This document shows, in pieces, positions 36,077 to 46,937 of a stretch of 64,000 nucleotides of DNA. The translations under genes and the position numbers were made by a program. This stretch comes from an uncultured delta proteobacterium (GTDB lineage: Bacteria; Desulfobacterota; WTBG01; CAIYCZ01; CAIRTM01). Positions within the stretch are counted from its first letter, which is position 1. The number at the start of each line of letters is the position of its first letter. Location of the stretch: positions 304,914 to 368,913 of the forward strand of contig CAVRPV010000006.1 of assembly GCA_963723235.1 (NCBI GenBank), in the 5' to 3' direction. Under the pieces are notes generated by a model, which was not told where the DNA came from, did not search any database, and worked only from the letters and a program-made list of their open reading frames with translations.

Positions 36077-36400
36077 TCATTCGTCTTCGGAACCTTCCGG
36101 TTCACGTTCTATGCGTGCCGGGTCAATCCCGTTAATGCGTTCACGCAGCTCCTTACCGACTTTAAAAAAAGGCCTTTTTTTCGGTGCGATCTCAATTGCA
36201 GAGCCGGTCCGGGGATGATTGCCGGTTCGCCCGCGGTATTGACGTACCTTGAAGCTGCCGAATCCGCGTATCTCAATGCCGTCACCGTTGATCAACGCGT
36301 CCGTCATCGCCGAAAAGACCGTATTGACTGCAATCTCCGCTATTTTCGGCGGTATGCTGGCATCTTCAGACAGTTTCTGTATGAGCTCTGACTTTACCAT
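36077..36400 (-). CDS. ihfB: Integration host factor beta / HU-family DNA-binding protein
   Basis: MVKSELI, IEIRGFGSF, NHPRTG, PFFKVGKELRERIN. Confidence 0.85.
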   Translation of the reverse strand: MVKSELIQKLSEDASIPPKIAEIAVNTVFSAMTDALINGDGIEIRGFGSFKVRQYRGRTGNHPRTGSAIEIAPKKRPFFKVGKELRERINGIDPARIEREPEGSEDE

Positions 36401-36664
36401 GAATACGCCCATCCTCCTCATTTCTCAAAACATAAGATATTACAACTAATTAATGATTGACTTATATATCCAATTGTCGGAATGTTGTCAACAGAAATAA
36501 TACAGCACTTACATGTTGAGAACAGACGCACATGCCATGGCCCAGGCATGGTCTCATCCCGCAAAAAAAATGCCGTTGTGCGCATGCAGTAATTGACAGC
36601 AGTTGCGCCCGATGCTACCATGTGAACCCCAACAAAACGGTAAACCAAAAACTGCGAGAACAGC

Positions 36665-37255
36665 ATGAAAAAACGATCAGCCCCGGTTACGCGCACAACC
36701 ACCGAAACCGACATTGCACTCACGCTCACCATTGACGGCAGCGGCCAATACGCAATTGACACGCCGGTTGCGTTTTTAACGCACATGCTTGAGTTGTTCA
36801 GCCGTCACGGCATGTTCGACCTGACACTCAAAGCCACCGGGGATGTTGCAATAGACTATCACCACACGGTTGAGGACATTGGCATCTGTCTGGGTCAGGC
36901 ACTGCGCAGCGCGCTGGGAGACAAAAAGGACATATCCCGCTACGGTGAGGCTACCATTCCCATGGATGAGGCGTCCGCGCACACCTGCATCGACCTCGGG
37001 GGACGACCCTTTCTTACGTTTCAGGTCCCGGACATGCCCCACAAGGTGGGTGATTTCGACCTGGAGCTGGTTGCTGAATTTTTTCAGGCCTTTGTCAACA
37101 ACAGCGCCTGCAACCTGCACATCCGCGTGCTCTCGGGGAAAAACGCGCATCATATCATCGAAGCCGTGTTTAAATCCTTTGCCCGTGCCCTGGACAGCGC
37201 GACCCGGATTGACCCGCGCGGGGGCGGAATCCGCTCGACCAAAGGCACACTCTGA
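36665..37255 (+). CDS. hisB: Imidazoleglycerol-phosphate dehydratase
   Basis: RTTTETDI, DYHHTVEDIG, PMDE, NAHHIIEAVFK, STKGTL. Confidence 0.96.
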   Translation: MKKRSAPVTRTTTETDIALTLTIDGSGQYAIDTPVAFLTHMLELFSRHGMFDLTLKATGDVAIDYHHTVEDIGICLGQALRSALGDKKDISRYGEATIPMDEASAHTCIDLGGRPFLTFQVPDMPHKVGDFDLELVAEFFQAFVNNSACNLHIRVLSGKNAHHIIEAVFKSFARALDSATRIDPRGGGIRSTKGTL

Positions 37256-37357
37256 GAGTCTGTTTAAAAAATACGAATTTACACGGGCTGTTCAAATATG
37301 GCTGTCTTACAACAGCCTGACAAACGAACACTATCTGCGCTCAGGAAAACGATCAGC

Positions 37358-38083
37358 ATGATTATCATCCCAGCCATTGATCTGAAAAACGGAAAATGCG
37401 TGCGGCTCAGCCAGGGCGAAATGCATCGCGAAACCGTCTACAGCGACAACCCGGTTGACATTGCGCTGAAATGGCAATCATTTGGTGCCCGGCGCCTGCA
37501 CATAGTCGATCTTGACGGTGCCGTAAGCGGAACACCGCACAATCGCGAGGCCATCCGGCAGATACGCGCTGCGGTTGACATGCATATTGAAATTGGCGGC
37601 GGCATCCGCGATCTTGACACAATTGCAGACTATCTGGATGATGGTATCGACAGCGTCATTCTCGGCACCGCGGCCATTAAAGATCCGGAACTGCGGCGCA
37701 AAGCATGTGAACAATATCCGGGACGTATCATCATCGGTATTGATGCGCGCGATGGTATGGTCAGCGTACAGGGCTGGACCGAGAATACCGCGGTGAGCGC
37801 CATTGACTTTGCCCGCGAGCTGGATCCCGAGGCGGTGTCAGCGATCATTTTCACCGACATCAGCCGCGACGGCATGCTCACCGGCCCCAACATTGAAAGC
37901 ACGGTCGCGCTGGCCCGCTCCATGCCGATTCCAGTAATCGCTTCCGGCGGCCTTTCTACGCTTGATGATATACGCCGCCTGCTTGACGTTGAGCAGTACG
38001 GCATCATGGGCGCAATAACCGGCCGGGCGCTCTACACCGGCGATCTTGATTTGGCAGCATGCATCGCCATGCCGGAACAGTAA
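37358..38083 (+). CDS. hisA: ProFAR isomerase
   Basis: [42 protein letters not shown]. Confidence 0.96.
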   Translation: MIIIPAIDLKNGKCVRLSQGEMHRETVYSDNPVDIALKWQSFGARRLHIVDLDGAVSGTPHNREAIRQIRAAVDMHIEIGGGIRDLDTIADYLDDGIDSVILGTAAIKDPELRRKACEQYPGRIIIGIDARDGMVSVQGWTENTAVSAIDFARELDPEAVSAIIFTDISRDGMLTGPNIESTVALARSMPIPVIASGGLSTLDDIRRLLDVEQYGIMGAITGRALYTGDLDLAACIAMPEQ

Positions 38084-38126
38084 ACCCCTCGGCCGCAACA
38101 GACGCACATATACAGGAAACCAGCCT

Positions 38127-38501
38127 ATGTTTGAAGATCTTAAATACGACGAAAACGGACTGATCCCGGCAGTCATCCAGGATGATGAAAACGGCGACGT
38201 GCTCATGGTTGCCTACATGAACAGGGATTCGCTCGCATCAACCGTTGAAACCGGCAAAACCCATTTCTGGAGCCGCTCGCGCAAAAAATACTGGCTCAAG
38301 GGAGAATCCTCCGGCCACACGCAGGACGTGCGCGCCATCCATATTGACTGCGACAAGGACTGCCTGCTCATCAGGGTCAAACAGAATGTCGCCGCCTGCC
38401 ATGAAGGCTACCGCTCGTGCTTTTATCGCAAACTTGAAAACGGGCAATGGAACATCATCGCGGAAAAAATATTTGAAGAAAGCGACGTCTATAAAGCCTG
38501 A
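38127..38501 (+). CDS. hisI: Phosphoribosyl-AMP cyclohydrolase
   Basis: [39 protein letters not shown]. Confidence 0.95.
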   Translation: MFEDLKYDENGLIPAVIQDDENGDVLMVAYMNRDSLASTVETGKTHFWSRSRKKYWLKGESSGHTQDVRAIHIDCDKDCLLIRVKQNVAACHEGYRSCFYRKLENGQWNIIAEKIFEESDVYKA

Positions 38502-38557
38502 TCCGGTTTGTATACCGACACAGGCCCACAGAACACCCTGAAAACCGGCCTTACGCA

Positions 38558-39584
38558 ATGAGCAATCACGCACAGCTCCCTGTTATCGGCATCACCATGG
38601 GCGATCCGGTCGGCATCGGCCCTGAAATTATCGCCAAAGTACTGGTTGACCCTGATCTTCAAACCGTCTGCCGGCCAATCATCTTCGGTGACCGGCGCGT
38701 CATCGCGCATGAATTGCGCAAGCTGGGAAGTTCCATAGAGCTGCAGCCGTGTGAGACCTTTGCACGCTGCGTGTCCGGCCCGTACCCTGAGCTGGTCGCC
38801 ATATCCGATCTTGACCCTGACGCGCTGGCACCGGGACAGCCCACTCCGGCTTCGTCGGCTGCCATGGCCACTGCCGTCACTGAGGCGGTCCGCTATGCCC
38901 GCATGGGCGAACTTGACGCCATTGTTACCGCACCGATCAACAAGCAGGCCCTTAATCAGGCCGGGTACGACTATCCCGGACACACCGAAATGCTCGCCCA
39001 TCTTACCAACACGCCCGATGTGGTCATGATGCTGGCCGGAGCCCGGTTGCGGGTGGTGCTTGTCACGATTCACTGCGCCCTGGCGGAGGTTCCCGGCCGC
39101 CTCAGCATTGAAGCCATCATAAAAACCGCCGAGATCACCCGCGCAGGCCTGCAGCGTTACTTCACACCGCAGACAGAACCGCGCATTGCTATTGCCGCCC
39201 TGAACCCGCATGCCGGCGAAGGCACGCTCTTCGGGACGCGAGGAGCAGACCATTATCACCCCGGCCATTGAACGGCTTCGCGCCCGGGGGTTTGATGTGA
39301 GCGGACCGCATCCTCCTGATACTGTTTTTTATGCCGCGGCCCGGGGGAACTATGACGTGGTTGTTTGCATGTATCATGACCAGGGTCTTATTCCGCTCAA
39401 ACTGCTGCATTTTGACGACGGCGTTAACATAACCCTGGGCCTGCCCATAATCCGCACATCGGTCGATCACGGCACTGCCTACGACATTGCCGGCCGGGGA
39501 CAGGCCAGCCCGGCCAGCCTCATAAACGCCATTAAAACCGCAGCTGCCATGTCATGTGCTGCACAGCCGGCCATGATACCCTGA
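38558..39584 (+). CDS. pdxA: 4-hydroxythreonine-4-phosphate dehydrogenase (frameshift near 39235)
   Basis: [48 protein letters not shown]. Confidence 0.93.
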
Positions 39585-39843
39585 CACACTTGTCATACAA
39601 ACATCAAGAGCATGCACCCGATAAAAACGGGGCCTGAATTTTCGAACTGCACCTTTCGCTCCGCAAAAAAGGCCTTGTGGATCGCGCGCGGAAGATATAA
39701 TTGACGAATGCTCTGTTTTATTGTATTGTCTTAAAGATAAAAACATGCCGAGCACGGTATCTGAAACGGCAACCGACTGAAAGCAGAAAAAATGCTTCTA
39801 CGGTAAACCGGAAGCACGCCCCGGCGGCAGCACATACAACTAC

Positions 39844-39938
39844 GGAGAGATGGCCGAGTAAGGCTGAAGGCGCTCGCCTGCTAAGCGAGTGTACACCGTT
39901 AAAGTGTACCGAGGGTTCGAATCCCTCTCTCTCCGCCA
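39844..39938 (+). tRNA. tRNA-Ser(GCT)
   Basis: GGAGAGATGGCCGAG...CTGCTAA, long variable arm, GGTTCGAATCCC...GCCA. Confidence 0.96.
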
Positions 39939-40146
39939 TTTTTTCCCCGCGCGCTTTTTGCACCCCCCGCCCACAACCTGCCCAAACCGGAATGCTGTGC
40001 ATACCGCGCAGGAATAAACGGTTTTTTATTTTTCATCATGCTGATTTGTGCTAAGCTCGGAGCGAAAGTGATCCGAATACAAAAACATGCGCCGGAAAGC
40101 AGCGCTGAGCATACAAACCCCTGCACGTACCCATAAAGGATTGAGC

Positions 40147-40923
40147 ATGTCACCGACCCTGCTTGTTATAGCCCTGTTTGTGTTCGGAACCATCATCGGC
40201 AGCTTTCTCAATGTCTGTATAGTACGCATGCCGCAACAAGCCTCAATTGTATTTCCAGGATCACACTGCCCGAACTGCAACTATCAAATCCGCTTCTACG
40301 ACAACATACCGCTCGTGAGCTATATCATGCTTGCCGGCCGCTGCCGGTCCTGCAAAACACCGATTTCAATGCGGTATTTCTTGGTTGAACTGCTCATGGG
40401 GCTGCTCGTAGCGGCCCTGTTTTTTTACTTCGGTTTCTCTCTTGTTTTCATCCTGTGTGTTGTCTTTACAGCCGCGCTTGTCGTGATTACCTTCATTGAC
40501 CTGCAGCATCAGATTATTCCCGACCGCATCAGCCTGCCCGGCATACCTCTGGGCTTTCTGTGTTCATTCTTTCTGCCGTGGAACACGTGGCTTGATTCCC
40601 TGCTGGGGATTCTGGTCGGAGGCGGGGTGCTGTATGCGTTCGCGCTGGGCTACTACCTGCTGACAAAAAAAGAAGGCATGGGCGGCGGCGATATCAAGAT
40701 GCTGGCCATGATCGGGGCGTTTCTCGGATGGAAAGGCGCGCTTGCCAGCCTGATTCTGGCAGCGGTTGCCGGCAGCCTGATCGGTGTTCTGCTGATTGTG
40801 CTGAAGGGCAAAAACTTCAAATATGCCGTACCGTTCGGCCCGTTTCTGGCGGCCGGAGCATTCTGCGCACTGCTCTATGGTGAACGCCTGATCAACTGGT
40901 ATTGCAGCATCTGCGTTCGCTGA
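40147..40923 (+). CDS. pilD: Prepilin peptidase / N-methyltransferase
   Basis: GSFLNVCIVRMP, CPNC and CRSC, IDLQHQIIPD, GMGGGDIK, PFGPFL. Confidence 0.95.
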   Translation: MSPTLLVIALFVFGTIIGSFLNVCIVRMPQQASIVFPGSHCPNCNYQIRFYDNIPLVSYIMLAGRCRSCKTPISMRYFLVELLMGLLVAALFFYFGFSLVFILCVVFTAALVVITFIDLQHQIIPDRISLPGIPLGFLCSFFLPWNTWLDSLLGILVGGGVLYAFALGYYLLTKKEGMGGGDIKMLAMIGAFLGWKGALASLILAAVAGSLIGVLLIVLKGKNFKYAVPFGPFLAAGAFCALLYGERLINWYCSICVR

Positions 40924-40967
40924 CAACCGGCGTTTATGCGCTTCTGCTGCACATGTGGCACACAACA

Positions 40968-42458
40968 ATGACCCTCAATCTGCGCACCACCATCTGTATC
41001 AACATGCTGATTTTGATGGTCGCCGCTATCGGCCTGATCAGCGTTGTAGTATTCCGCGTCAGCGAGAATGAAATCCGCCTGCAGCAGCAGCATGCTGCGG
41101 ATCAGGTGTTTATCTCGATTGCCGCGACACTCAGTGCAGTTCTGCGCGACAGCAGCGCATTGCCCCCGAAGGCCGTCAAGGTGGACGCCTACCTCAACCA
41201 GCTGGCTGCCGGGATGGACTGCGACATGATTATTCTCACTAACCGCAATGGACAGGTGCTGGCGCGCGCCGGGCTCCCTGATCCGCAAGGACGCATCGCC
41301 GCTGTTCCTGCCCACACGCGCACGCACAGCCTGCAGCGGGACAGCAACCGAACCGTAATCAGGCATCTGTGCTCCGGCCCGGTGATGACCGGCACACAAG
41401 TGCTGGGCTATCTGACGATCGGCTTTCCCGCCGCGCAGACCAATGCGCGCATCAGCAATGCTGCGCGCATGATACTGATGTATATGGTGCTCGACGGCGT
41501 TATCATCTTTTTTTTCGGTGTATTCCTGCTCTCGCGCTATGTGGTACGCCCCGTGCGGCGATTGTCTCTTGACATGCAGGCCCTGGCAGGCGGCGTGCTT
41601 CCCCGGGTGCAGGCGTCAAAATCCGGCAATGAAATCGACACGCTTGCAGCAACCCTCAAGGCCCTGTACAGTGAACTTAAGCAGGAACAGTACAACACTG
41701 CGGAACAGCTTGCCGAAATCACGGCCAAGAACCGGCAGCTTGAACAGGCCCGCCATGAAATCCTGCAGTCGGAAAAAATGGCCTCGGTCGGACGCCTGAC
41801 AGCCGGAATCGCGCATGAAATCGGCAATCCGGCCGGCATTGTAACCGGCTATATCCATATGCTCAAAGAAGGAGGTATCAGCGAAGATCAACGTGATGAT
41901 TTTCTTGCGCGCATGGAGCGTGAAGTTGAGCGCATCAGCGCGACCATCAGGGAACTGCTTGACTTCGCCCAGCCTTCGACGAAGGAAGCTGCCCCTGTTC
42001 AGATTAATGATATTGTCAACGACTGCCGGGCCCTGTTCAGCTACCAGCGCGACATAAACAACTGCAAAGTCGTCTTTGAGCCTGAAGATGCGCTGCCGCT
42101 GATCTATGCCAACGCAAGCCTGCTGCGGCAGCTGATGGTCAATCTTATTTTAAACGCGCGCGATGCCATGCCGGACGGTGGCACCATACATATCAGCACG
42201 CACCGGCTCGCTGATAATAAAAAAATTGAACTCCGCATAGCCGATACCGGTTGTGGCATCCCGACCGAACATCTTAATCTTATTTTTGATCCCTTCTTTA
42301 CTACCAAGGACCCGGGCAAGGGAACCGGACTCGGCCTCAGCAACGCGCAGCGCATTGTCGAAATCCACGGGGGCGCCATCAGCGTTGCAAGCGAACCCGG
42401 CCGGGGCACACGTTTTACCATTACCTTTCCAATAGGCACGGAGCCGCCGCAAGCATGA
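40968..42458 (+). CDS. HAMP sensor histidine kinase
   Basis: Two TMs, HAMP, SEKMASVGRLTAGIAHEIGNP, DTGCGI, FFTTK..GKGTGLGL. Confidence 0.92.
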   Translation: MTLNLRTTICINMLILMVAAIGLISVVVFRVSENEIRLQQQHAADQVFISIAATLSAVLRDSSALPPKAVKVDAYLNQLAAGMDCDMIILTNRNGQVLARAGLPDPQGRIAAVPAHTRTHSLQRDSNRTVIRHLCSGPVMTGTQVLGYLTIGFPAAQTNARISNAARMILMYMVLDGVIIFFFGVFLLSRYVVRPVRRLSLDMQALAGGVLPRVQASKSGNEIDTLAATLKALYSELKQEQYNTAEQLAEITAKNRQLEQARHEILQSEKMASVGRLTAGIAHEIGNPAGIVTGYIHMLKEGGISEDQRDDFLARMEREVERISATIRELLDFAQPSTKEAAPVQINDIVNDCRALFSYQRDINNCKVVFEPEDALPLIYANASLLRQLMVNLILNARDAMPDGGTIHISTHRLADNKKIELRIADTGCGIPTEHLNLIFDPFFTTKDPGKGTGLGLSNAQRIVEIHGGAISVASEPGRGTRFTITFPIGTEPPQA

Positions 42459-43810
42459 AGCGCATAAAACAGCTATTAATTATCGACGATGAAGAAAACA
42501 TGCGGCACCTGCTGCAAACGATTCTGGAAAAAGAGGGCTATGCCGCAGCAACGGCTGAAAACGGTCGTGTCGCTTTGGAACTGCTTGACGAGCGCACGTT
42601 CGACACCATCCTGTGCGATTTGCGCATGCCGGAAATGGACGGCATGACGTTTCTAAAACATGCCCGTGATCGAAAAATTGACGCGACCATTATCGTCATG
42701 TCGGCGTATGGCACCATTGACCAGGCCCTGGAGACCATGCAGCTGGGTGCCTATGACTATATCTCAAAACCCTTCAAGCCGACCGAAATCATCCTGACCC
42801 TTAAAAAAGCCGAAGAGCGCCAAAAGCTCAGACAAGAAAATCTGCAGCTCAAAAAAGAGGTCAAGCGCACCTACAGCCGCAAGAACCTGATCGGCAAAAG
42901 CCCGCTCATGACCAATGTTTTGAGCATGATTGAAAAGGTAGCCCCTTTCAAAAGCTCGGTTCTGATTACCGGAGAATCCGGTACCGGCAAGGAGCTGGTG
43001 GCCCGGGCCATTCATTATGCCGGACCGCGCAGCTCGAACACCTTTCTGGCCATCAATTGCGGCGCAATTCCAGAAAACCTGCTTGAGAGCGAGCTTTTCG
43101 GACATCGCAGAGGTTCCTTTACAGGTGCCGTGCATGACCGCCGCGGATATTTTGAGGAGGCTGACGGAGGGACGCTGCTGCTGGATGAAATCGGTGAACT
43201 TCCCCAGAACCTGCAGGTCAAGCTCCTGCGCGCGCTGCAGGAAGAAGAGATACGCCGCGTCGGCGAGCAGCGCTGCATTTCCATTGACGTGCGCGTCATC
43301 GCCGCGACATCCCGCAACCTGCTCGAAGAGGTCGCGCGGGGCGCGTTCCGCGAGGATTTATTTTACCGCCTGCATGTGCTGCCCATACATATTGCGCCGC
43401 TGCGTGAGCGGTGCGAAGACATCCCGCTGCTTGTGGATCACTTCATACATAAGCACAACCGGGCACACCGGCTTGCAATCAGCGGCATCACCCCGGCGGC
43501 ACTCAAGGTTCTGATGGAATGCCCCTGGCCCGGAAATATCCGCGAGCTTGAAAACACGATTGAGCGCGCCATGGTGCTGAGCGACCAGGACGTACTGGAT
43601 GTGCCCCTGCCGGGCGACATGTCCACCGCAGCCGCGCCGCAACCATCGGGTGATTTATCCATAAAACGCGGAACGAAAATCCTCGAAAAAGACCTGATCA
43701 CCCGCGCACTGGAAACAACCGGCGGCAATAAAACCAAAGCAGCCCTTCTGCTTGAACTCAGTTACCCCGCCCTGCTCAGTAAAATAAATGAATACGGTCT
43801 GAAGAGCTGA
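42455..43810 (+). CDS. Sigma-54-dependent response regulator (NtrC/PilR-like)
   Basis: REC, GESGTGKE, ESELFGH..GSFTGA, LLDEIGE, WPGNIREL, Fis-type HTH. Confidence 0.93.
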   Translation: MKRIKQLLIIDDEENMRHLLQTILEKEGYAAATAENGRVALELLDERTFDTILCDLRMPEMDGMTFLKHARDRKIDATIIVMSAYGTIDQALETMQLGAYDYISKPFKPTEIILTLKKAEERQKLRQENLQLKKEVKRTYSRKNLIGKSPLMTNVLSMIEKVAPFKSSVLITGESGTGKELVARAIHYAGPRSSNTFLAINCGAIPENLLESELFGHRRGSFTGAVHDRRGYFEEADGGTLLLDEIGELPQNLQVKLLRALQEEEIRRVGEQRCISIDVRVIAATSRNLLEEVARGAFREDLFYRLHVLPIHIAPLRERCEDIPLLVDHFIHKHNRAHRLAISGITPAALKVLMECPWPGNIRELENTIERAMVLSDQDVLDVPLPGDMSTAAAPQPSGDLSIKRGTKILEKDLITRALETTGGNKTKAALLLELSYPALLSKINEYGLKS

Positions 43811-43855
43811 TACCTTTAATGTAATAAACCATGCGCCCTCGCATACAGGATTCAC

Positions 43856-44038
43856 GTGGATACAAAAAACGCCGGTGAGCTTTTTGCCGACCGCATCGAA
43901 GAGCTGCTGCAGCGCAGCAACCTTCGGCCGGAAACTGTTTTGAACATCATGCGCGCCGCGCATGCTAAACCCGACTTTGACCCGATAGCCGAGATCGAAC
44001 GCCTGAGCGGCGAGCAGCGCCGCAAAGAGGATGAATAG
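43856..44038 (+). CDS. Small hypothetical protein
   Basis: 60-aa charged helical ORF with upstream AGGA. Confidence 0.45.
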   Translation: MDTKNAGELFADRIEELLQRSNLRPETVLNIMRAAHAKPDFDPIAEIERLSGEQRRKEDE

Positions 44039-44141
44039 CGGGAACCGCCCGCAACAGCGCCTTTTTTTACCACAACCTTTTTTCCTGATTGACATTGCCC
44101 TGCCGGTGGTGTATAAAATTTCAAATTAAGCTGATGAGCTT

Positions 44142-44217
44142 GGGCGGTTAGCTCAATTGGGAGAGCATCGGCCTTACAAGCCGAGGGTCACTGGTTCGAG
44201 CCCAGTACCGCCCACCA
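44142..44217 (+). tRNA. tRNA-Val(TAC)
   Basis: GGGCGGTTAGCTCA...CTTACAA...GGTTCGAGCCC...ACCA. Confidence 0.97.
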
Positions 44218-44273
44218 TGCTACCCCAACAAGGGCGGTAACCGGGCTTGAACAGCTGAAACAGGAAGTTTTAC

Positions 44274-44350
44274 GGGGGCGTAGTACAGTTGGTTAGTACG
44301 TCGGCCTGTCACGCCGAAGGTCGCGGGTTCGAGTCCCGTCGTCCCCGCCA
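44274..44350 (+). tRNA. tRNA-Asp(GTC)
   Basis: GGGGGCGTAG...CTGTCAC...GGTTCGAGTCCC...GCCA. Confidence 0.97.
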
Positions 44351-44358
44351 GTATTATC

Positions 44359-44396
44359 AAGCACTTAGCTCACAAGGCTAAGTGCTTTTTATTTTT
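44359..44396 (+). terminator. Intrinsic terminator after the tRNA pair
   Basis: AAGCACTTAGC-loop-GCTAAGTGCTT followed by a T run. Confidence 0.8.
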
Positions 44397-44947
44397 GGTT
44401 GCGTATAGGTTGTGTCTTGCTTAACAACAGAGGTGGTTAGGATGGCTGTATTTTTAATATCCGGTGTGTGGATTGGGATGGGAAAAACTTTCCAACATCT
44501 GCTAAAACGTGGAATATATCAAAAATCTGCTAAAATAAAGAAATGTAATTTCAATAACTTATTATCATTGAGGGGCTTGGAAGCTCAGGAGTTCAATTCT
44601 GGCAGAAAGTGGAGTTCAGTCAGAAGAAACGCCGGCTGAAGATTGTAGCCATCGTGCCAGCCGGTCTTGCGCCGGGTTCCTAACCGATCAGCGTGAACGC
44701 CTGCGTCGGCGAAGTGGTCATTACCGGCAAAAATCGATAGCAGTACATTGCAACTCGAATATGTATCAAGCAGGCAGGGTCAGCACATGGCCCTGCCTGT
44801 TTGTTTTGGACGTCATTTCAATGAACATCCGGTCTGGGATGTATTGGCTGAGACACACCCCAAGCCCCCCTGTTTTCGAGCCTTTCAGTAGAGCCCCTGA
44901 GGTAACAGGCTAAATTTTCTTGTCAGGGTAAATGTAACAATAGGAAA

Positions 44948-45540
44948 GTATGATAGGAAAATGCATTGTCTGAGCTGTTTGACTAGATCATTTTAATTTT
45001 ACAAAGCTTACTACAGTAATTTTTAAAGACGTTCATCTTCAGCTCAATAGTTTTGCCAGCCTTTTGGCAGACGATAAGAATGTGTCGCCAGCTAAATTGC
45101 TGAGCGATTATGAGCGCACCGCCGGAGAAGCCTAGATAGCCTCCATGATATACGATGGATCATTAAATAAGCATACTGCGAATAAACTCTGCATCTCAGA
45201 AAATACTGTCAGGCATCATGTAACGAGTGTGTAAAATAAAGGTTGAAAGCCGTATCAGCTTAATCAATATGAAACGGGAAACAAGATTATTATCTAAACC
45301 ATTGCCTCTGCCGCACATAGGCCCTTTCGTGCCTGAAATATAGACCTTGGTGCTATTGTATTATCTGTTGATAGCGTATATCTTTACCTATACCAACAAC
45401 TGGTATTCGTTATATGTCTTCAAAAGGTTGTGGTCCTTAGAGCACTATGACTAACAGATGGGTGTGTATGATAGGAAAATGCATTGTCTAAGCTGCTTGA
45501 CTAGATCATTTTAATTTTACAAAGCTTACTATAATAATTT
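44948..45540 (+). repeat. About 75-bp direct repeats (44948-45022, 45466-45540)
   Basis: GTATGATAGGAAAATGCATTGTCT.AGCTG.TTGACTAGATCATTTTAATTTTACAAAGCTTACTA occurs twice. Confidence 0.85.
45095..45280 (+). pseudogene. Degenerate LuxR-type HTH remnant
   Basis: Reads ERTAGEA*IASMIYDGSLNKHTANKLCISENTVRHHVTSV*NK, matching the LuxR G..NK.IA..L.ISE.TV..H pattern with in-frame stops. Confidence 0.6.
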
Positions 45541-45774
45541 ATATTTATTTACATACTAAATAGTAATAATTAACACTTTAGATTTAAAATATTAAACTTC
45601 TTATTCATTAAAATCGAATAAAAATTAATTGTATTTTTTAGAGGCAATCTATATTTTTTTATTGATATCTATTGATAACATTGGCTTGATTTTTTAAAAA
45701 AAGAAAAAACCGCTTGAAAAAAAAAATTTATAGTCTAAATAGGTAGATAGACCAATAATACTTTTTGTTAAATA

Positions 45775-45866
45775 ATTAGTTTGAAAAAAGCCAAACCAGT
45801 CGTGAGGCTGGGACGGAAAGCCACGGGTTTTATACATTGATATAAAATAGCCGGGTTACCAAACAA
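45775..45866 (+). ncRNA. GEMM-I (c-di-GMP-I class) riboswitch aptamer
   Basis: AAG CC AAA CCAGTC GTGA GGCTGG GAC GG AAAGCC ACGGG...TAGCCGGGTTACC; G at the Vc2 G20-equivalent position. Confidence 0.9.
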
Positions 45867-45889
45867 TTGGTAGCCCGGCTATTTTTTTT
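45846..45889 (+). terminator. Riboswitch expression-platform terminator
   Basis: ATAGCCGGGTTACCAA/TTGGTAGCCCGGCTAT plus T8; overlaps the aptamer 3' strand (ON-switch geometry). Confidence 0.85.
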
Positions 45890-46419
45890 GTTTCGCGGTT
45901 TCTGCTATCGTCCTATTGGATCAGGAGGATAGAGTTTTTTATCTTTATTATTTATACTGGCTTGACTGTCGGTAGCATATAGTGAACCTCAAGCATGCTA
46001 TTGTATGCCTTGTGGTTGTATAGTGCATCACTACGTAGCAACAGTCAGTCTAAATTAACTCAAGTTCGTGACTAAGTCCAAAACCGGCAACCTTTTAATG
46101 GTTGTTCGGATCGGGTTTTTTTCTTTTTTTCTATATCCTGATGGCTATTTGGTTTTAACTCTTTACGTTTCATTTATCGGCTTATAGAGACAAAGCTTAA
46201 GAAAAAAAAGCAGCTATGTAAAAAAATATTTCCGGCGGTAAATTATGATCACAAGTTTCTTGGCTATTGCAGGGGGAAAAATATTTTTTAAACGTTCCTT
46301 TTCGCCTGTTTTCATCACCATGAAAAGGATGGGCCTGGAATATGAGGAGCAGGGAACGCATCTTAATTTTTGTTTTATGAGCAGCATTTGAATTCTGACA
46401 ATCATGAAAAGAAGAAATT

Positions 46420-46548
46420 ATGGAAGACCAGAAGAAGCGCTATGAAACACCGGCAATCATCACCCATACGGAGGAGGAAATCGCCAGCAGAATCGGGCCG
46501 GCGCACAAGGTACCCTCGGGGGGCCCTCCCGGCATTGAGTACCCGTAA
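46420..46548 (+). CDS. Putative RiPP precursor A1: MEDQKKRYETPAIITHTEEEIASRIGPAHKVPSGGPPGIEYP
   Basis: Manual translation; YxxPxI leader motif; two paralogues in the locus. Confidence 0.75.
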   Translation: MEDQKKRYETPAIITHTEEEIASRIGPAHKVPSGGPPGIEYP

Positions 46549-46604
46549 TAGCAACTGCATCTTGCAGGCTTAATAAATTTTTTACCCATTAGGAAGGGCT
46601 TTTA

Positions 46605-46799
46605 ATGGAAAAAAAACAATGGCTGCAACAATGGCTGGAGAAACGTTCCTACACGAAAGAGGATGTCCTTCACATAGCCGGAAAAAGGCTGCCGGAGACA
46701 CCAGATAGGCCATATACGGACCATGATATAGTCAAGATACTCGGCCCGACGTCCTGCGCTGAGAAACCCAGTGTGCCTTCCGGCACGCAATATCGGTAA
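46605..46799 (+). CDS. Putative RiPP precursor B1 (64 aa)
   Basis: AGGAAGG RBS; paralogue at 55915..56103; two YTxxD(I/V)xxIxG motifs. Confidence 0.7.
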   Translation: MEKKQWLQQWLEKRSYTKEDVLHIAGKRLPETPDRPYTDHDIVKILGPTSCAEKPSVPSGTQYR

Positions 46800-46937
46800 C
46801 CGCAACATTAACCGGGAGATTTTAACAAGCCCACATAGCAATGACATTTTCATACGGAGAACTCTTTATGAAAAAGATTTTTTTCTGCCACTTGTAGCAG
46901 CATTTTTAAAATGCCAAAGGAGAGGAGGTATTGCAGA

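Larger units (their letters stand above)
45755..46915 (+). repeat. Left arm of about 1.15-kb imperfect inverted repeat (partner about 55795-56960)
   Basis: Colinear similarity over riboswitch, leader, peptide A, peptide B and the start of the secreted-protein gene. Confidence 0.85.

Noticed and set aside
46232-46245. ops/RfaH element (GGCGGTA)
   Set aside because: GGCGGTAAATTA deviates from GGCGGTAGnnTG and no NusG paralogue is nearby; noted only as a conserved block.
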